Positions 47,661 to 51,249 of a stretch of 51,249 nucleotides of DNA are shown one piece after another. Positions within the stretch are counted from its first letter, which is position 1. Each line of letters opens with the position of its first letter. Made by a program: the position numbers and the translations under genes. The notes under the pieces are model-generated. The model saw only the letters and a program-made list of their open reading frames with translations, searched no databases and was not told the origin of the DNA. This DNA is from Promethearchaeota archaeon Loki_b31 (GTDB taxonomy: Archaea > Asgardarchaeota > Lokiarchaeia > Sigyniarchaeales > SOKP01): contig NJBI01000021.1 of the NCBI GenBank assembly GCA_005222975.1, positions 1-51,249 on the forward strand, given 5' to 3'.

Positions 47661-48857
47661 ATGTCAAAGCACGATGTGGCCGTTGTCGGTATAGGTCAAA
47701 CTAAATTCAGAAGTAAGAGAAGAGATGTTAATATCCCTGAGATGGTATACGAAGCCGTTAAAATGGCTCTTGATGATGCTCAACTTGAACCTAAAGACAT
47801 TGATGCCATCATTATAGGTAATATTTAATTTCATCTCGAGATTAAATACTAAATGGACCATTTTGAAGGAATTAATTTCTCTGAATTATTCTGTGGAATT
47901 GAAGGAGCTCCTGGATATTTAAAACCTGTAGTTAAGGTTGCAACAGGTGGCACAACGGGTAGTTCCTTAGCTATATGTGGTTATCACAATGTTGCCTCAG
48001 GAATTTATAACAAGGTTTTAGTTGTTGGTTGGGAAAAATTAAAAGAAGGTGGAGCTACTACCGGTATAATAACAGCATTTGATCCGGTATGGGAAAGACC
48101 ATCTTTAGCTGGTGCTCTCGGTCCACTAGCCCTTATGGCAGGTATGTATTCTGCCAAATATGGAATAACAGCAGAACAAGCAGCAAAAGTTACGGTAAAA
48201 AATAGAAGTAATGCGGCAAATAATCCATTTGCACATTTACAGATGCCAAATATTACCATTGATTACGTTATGAGTTCTCAAATGATATCGTACCCTTTAA
48301 GACTACACGATGTTTGCCCTCAAAGCGAAGGCGCTTGTGCTCTCATTTACGCTAACGAGGAAGAAACTAAAAAGATAACCGATAACCCCGCTTGGTTCCA
48401 CGCGGTAGAAACTACCCACTATTACACTTTTGGTACTGATGAAGCAATGTTCGATCTCCCTACTGCTACACTTGCGTCTAAGAAAGCTTATAAAAAAGCA
48501 GGCATTAAAAATCCTGTAAAAGATTTAGATGTAGCAGAAATCTATGAACCGACATCTTGGAGCGAACTTTCATGGACCGAAGCGTTAGGGTTTTGCAAAC
48601 CTGGTGAAGGCGGAAAATTATTAGACGAAGGAATAACATTAATGAGTGGAGAGTTTCCTGTCAACCCCTCAGGGGGCGTCTTAAGCACAAATCCTATTGG
48701 AGCTACAGCATTAGTGCGATTAGCTGAAGCAGCAATTCAAGTTATGGGGCGAGGTGAAAAAAGACAAGTCCCCGATGTAGAAAAAGCTCTCGCAATGGGA
48801 TTTGGCGGAAGTCTTTGGACTGAAATTCTAATATTAGGAAGAGAACCTTTGAGGTGA
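47661..48857 (+). CDS. Thiolase-fold protein, Ltp3-like; two exons (47661-47822, 47853-48857), 388 aa when joined
   Basis: SD GGAGGTGA 47647-47654; exon 1 MSKHDVAVVGIGQTKF...DIDAIIIGN is a thiolase N-terminus in the same frame as MDHFEG... Confidence 0.85.
47823..47852 (+). other. Putative 30-nt bulge-helix-bulge (tRNA-type) mRNA intron
   Basis: Two in-frame TAA; central helix GGUA/UACU, 3-nt bulges AUA and AAA, 9-bp inner stem; canonical cuts give GGT AAT|ATG GAC. Confidence 0.75.
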
Positions 48858-48861
48858 TAAT

Positions 48862-49350
48862 ATGAGTAAAAAAAAAGGTCAAGAAAAAGTTTTTGAAATT
48901 AAATGGAAGACTAACTTACCGTATAGATATTCAATTGGCAAACTTGCAGTTAAATTTTTCGAGGAACTCAAGGAAAATAAAAAGATAATGGGAAGTAAAT
49001 GCTCAAAATGTGGTAAGGTAAATTTTCCACCAAGAGCAGTTTGTGCCGATTGCATGGTTGAAATGACTATCGACGATATGGTTGAATTATCCCCTAAAGG
49101 TACTTTGGCGGGTTTCACGGTAGTTAATTATCCTTTCACTGATCCTAACACTGGGGGCATGCGACCCTTTCCATATGGTTATGCACTATTTAAATTGGAT
49201 GGCGCTGATACTTATACAATGCACTTTATTAACGAAACAGATCACACCAAGATGAAAGTTGGGCAACGCGTTGAGGCCGTTTTTAAAGAAGAAAGAGAAG
49301 GTAATATAGGAGATATTAAATATTATAAGGTTATTAAAGAGGAGAAATAA
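48862..49350 (+). CDS. DUF35 Zn-ribbon/OB-fold protein
   Basis: GSKCSKCGKVNFPPRAVCADC, GQRVEAVF. Confidence 0.92.
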   Translation: MSKKKGQEKVFEIKWKTNLPYRYSIGKLAVKFFEELKENKKIMGSKCSKCGKVNFPPRAVCADCMVEMTIDDMVELSPKGTLAGFTVVNYPFTDPNTGGMRPFPYGYALFKLDGADTYTMHFINETDHTKMKVGQRVEAVFKEEREGNIGDIKYYKVIKEEK

Positions 49351-49367
49351 ATTTGGAGGGATAAAAA

Positions 49368-49817
49368 ATGAGCCAAGAAATTGAGAAAAAAGTATTTAGA
49401 GGTAGAATTAAAGTTCCTTATAAGCACACTGCTGGAGCCTATGTTGAAAAATTTATTACCGAAATTGGAAAAAACAATAAGATTTTCGGTGTAAAATGCC
49501 CAAAGTGCAAAAAAGTTTACGTTCCTCCCAAAATGATTTGTTTCGAATGTTTCGAAAAAATGGAAGAATGGATCGAAGTCGGAAACCAAGGAACCGTTAA
49601 AGGATTTACTGTTATCACACACTCAACACCAGTGTTGCCCTTAGAGCCACCTTTTGCTTATGGAATCATCACGCTCGATGGTGCAGATACAGATTTTGTG
49701 CACATAATAAAAGAAAGCGATCCAAAAAAACTGAAAATAGGTATGAGAGTCGAAGCTGTGTTTAAAGAGGTGCCACGAAAAAGAATATTGGATATAGAAT
49801 ATTTTAATCCAATATAA
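49368..49817 (+). CDS. DUF35 Zn-ribbon/OB-fold protein
   Basis: GVKCPKCKKVYVPPKMICFEC, LDGADT, GMRVEAVF. Confidence 0.92.
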   Translation: MSQEIEKKVFRGRIKVPYKHTAGAYVEKFITEIGKNNKIFGVKCPKCKKVYVPPKMICFECFEKMEEWIEVGNQGTVKGFTVITHSTPVLPLEPPFAYGIITLDGADTDFVHIIKESDPKKLKIGMRVEAVFKEVPRKRILDIEYFNPI

Positions 49818-49952
49818 GATAATTTATTTATAACTTTTTTTTATTTCTTACTTTATTAAGAATATAACCCTATATCTCCCATATCAACTTAATGATCGTG
49901 CAACTTTGTGATCTGATTCCCGTTGCACATAACTATTTAAGACTTAAAATGA

Positions 49953-50183
49953 ACTATTAAGAGAAATCTTCAAAAATTAATTAATCTCTGCATCCTTGAT
50001 TTAAGTTACAATAAGATTGCTGAGATTAAGGGGTTGAACTGCTTATTTAAATTGGAGCATCTTCTTCTCGACAAGAATTAGATAAAGGAAATTAAGGGGC
50101 TCGACCAACTCTGGAATCTAGAAATCATCGGTTTTGAGACCAACCTTATTACTATTTTAATAGAATATTACCCATGTCTTTAA
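49953..50183 (+). pseudogene. Leucine-rich repeat (SDS22-like) gene remnant
   Basis: Translates LINLCILDLSYNKIAEIKGLNCLFKLEHLLLDKN*IKEIKGLDQLWNLEII; internal TAG 50079-50081, no start codon. Confidence 0.75.
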
Positions 50184-50742
50184 ATCATTCATTCAATAAT
50201 GACATAACATAATTAAATCAATCAGTCAAAAAAGGTAAAGATTGCTTTGAAAAAAAAAAATAAAGAAATAATTGAGATAGTATTTAAGAATGAATCAATT
50301 TAGTCATGTATAAATGTTGAAGAAATATTTGAAACCCTATAGAAGCAATCCGTACAAGAAACTCTTGACATGTGTCTAAGCTCAGGATCAAAACTCTTTA
50401 CTCATTAAAAAAACTTCTTAAAACAAAAATGAACATGTTTAGTTTACTGACTATTTCCAATTTGAATTTGATTTCTGATCTCATTTAGTCTTTCTGGAAA
50501 ATAGCTAACTTAATTTAAAACTCAAAACACTGATATTCTTCTTAAGAAATTTATCAATAATTACAGGAATAGTGCTTAAAAAAATTTCTAGAAAAAATTT
50601 TTCAAATTTCCATATCCTAAAACATATTTCGAATATAGAACGCATTTCAAAAAAAGATGGAGAATCAAATAATTGATGATTTTAAAGATTTGAGTAAATC
50701 CCTACGACCTTTAAAGGGGATAGTATGTTATATTAGTGAAGA

Positions 50743-51129
50743 TTAAAATGTTAAATGATAAAATGGGAGAATTAGGTAAAATGCGTACAAAATGATTATT
50801 GTTAAAATATAAATAAGAAATAGAATGATGTATCGTAATTTTTTATTATTAAAGATGGATAGGGAGTCTAAAAACTTTAATGAAACAAATTTTGGAAGAA
50901 CAAATCCTGAATTTTTGTAATAGTTCTGAAAATCATAAGGATATTTCTTGCTTAATTTAAGATCCTCAAAATCGGAGTAGATAATCATAAGAAAGATAAA
51001 CTGTACCCAAGTAACAATATCTCCTATTCTGACACCATAAAAAATAAAAAATGGAAAAATCATAATTATTATTGCTAAATTTTGTGGATGACGAATATAT
51101 TTATAAATTCCTTGTCGAACTATTTTTTT
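50743..51129 (-). pseudogene. ICMT/PEMT-family membrane methyltransferase, 5'-truncated or frameshifted
   Basis: In-frame upstream IVRQGIYKYIRHPQNL and downstream ED..L...Y..Y......LP motifs; frame closed by TAA at an A9 run. Confidence 0.65.
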
Positions 51130-51249
51130 TTATGAGATCGCAAAGTCGTCTCACCCGACAATAATGCCCTCCGCAGCTCTAGATGTAATATTCTGATAGT
51201 AGTTTGAAGTATCCACATGTAACCCTTCGTAATGGCGAGACCTCGTACG

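Noticed and set aside
47826-47852. Stop-codon read-through or frameshift as explanation of the split thiolase
   Set aside because: Two TAA stops in the same frame, no frameshift needed, and read-through would add 10 residues where homologs appear to have none. Re-initiation at TAAATG as a split gene remains a less likely alternative.
47664-47861. 65-aa minus-strand ORF spanning the thiolase interruption
   Set aside because: Antisense shadow of exon 1; the plus strand has the SD and clear thiolase motifs.
639-49622. Short antisense or nested ORFs in the track (e.g. 3089, 12664, 13213, 14755, 16444, 44924, 48005, 49323)
   Set aside because: They lie fully or almost fully within well-supported genes, mostly antisense, and carry no recognisable motifs.
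1-51249. tRNA, rRNA or IS transposase genes
   Set aside because: No GC-rich structured RNA segment or transposase ORF recognised by eye; tRNAscan, Infernal and ISEScan were not run.

Overview
AT-rich archaeal chromosomal window. Gene content (Rag-type GTPase with roadblock domain, longin-like protein, SDS22-like LRR remnant, H4MPT C1 enzymes, many TPR and beta-oxidation genes) points to an Asgard archaeon, probably Lokiarchaeia; this is an inference from content. About 45 CDS; I saw no rRNA, tRNA or CRISPR array. Two stand-out candidates. (1) A 30-nt in-frame, stop-containing hairpin insert (47823-47852) in an Ltp3-like thiolase-fold gene. It folds into a bulge-helix-bulge motif whose canonical cleavage positions exactly restore the reading frame, i.e. 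a probable tRNA-type intron in an Asgard mRNA. (2) A wHTH-HdrA-MvhD fusion with a degenerate HdrA core, co-encoded with a tail-less NiFe hydrogenase. It lies divergent from an operon (two paralogous unknown proteins, MtdB, Cdc48, plus a truncated third paralog) whose promoters share a repeated TTGACAA/TTGTCAA operator-like motif: a candidate H2/redox-sensing transcription system. Several genes appear to use ATA/ACG/ATT starts. All family calls come from motif recognition by eye; no searches were run.
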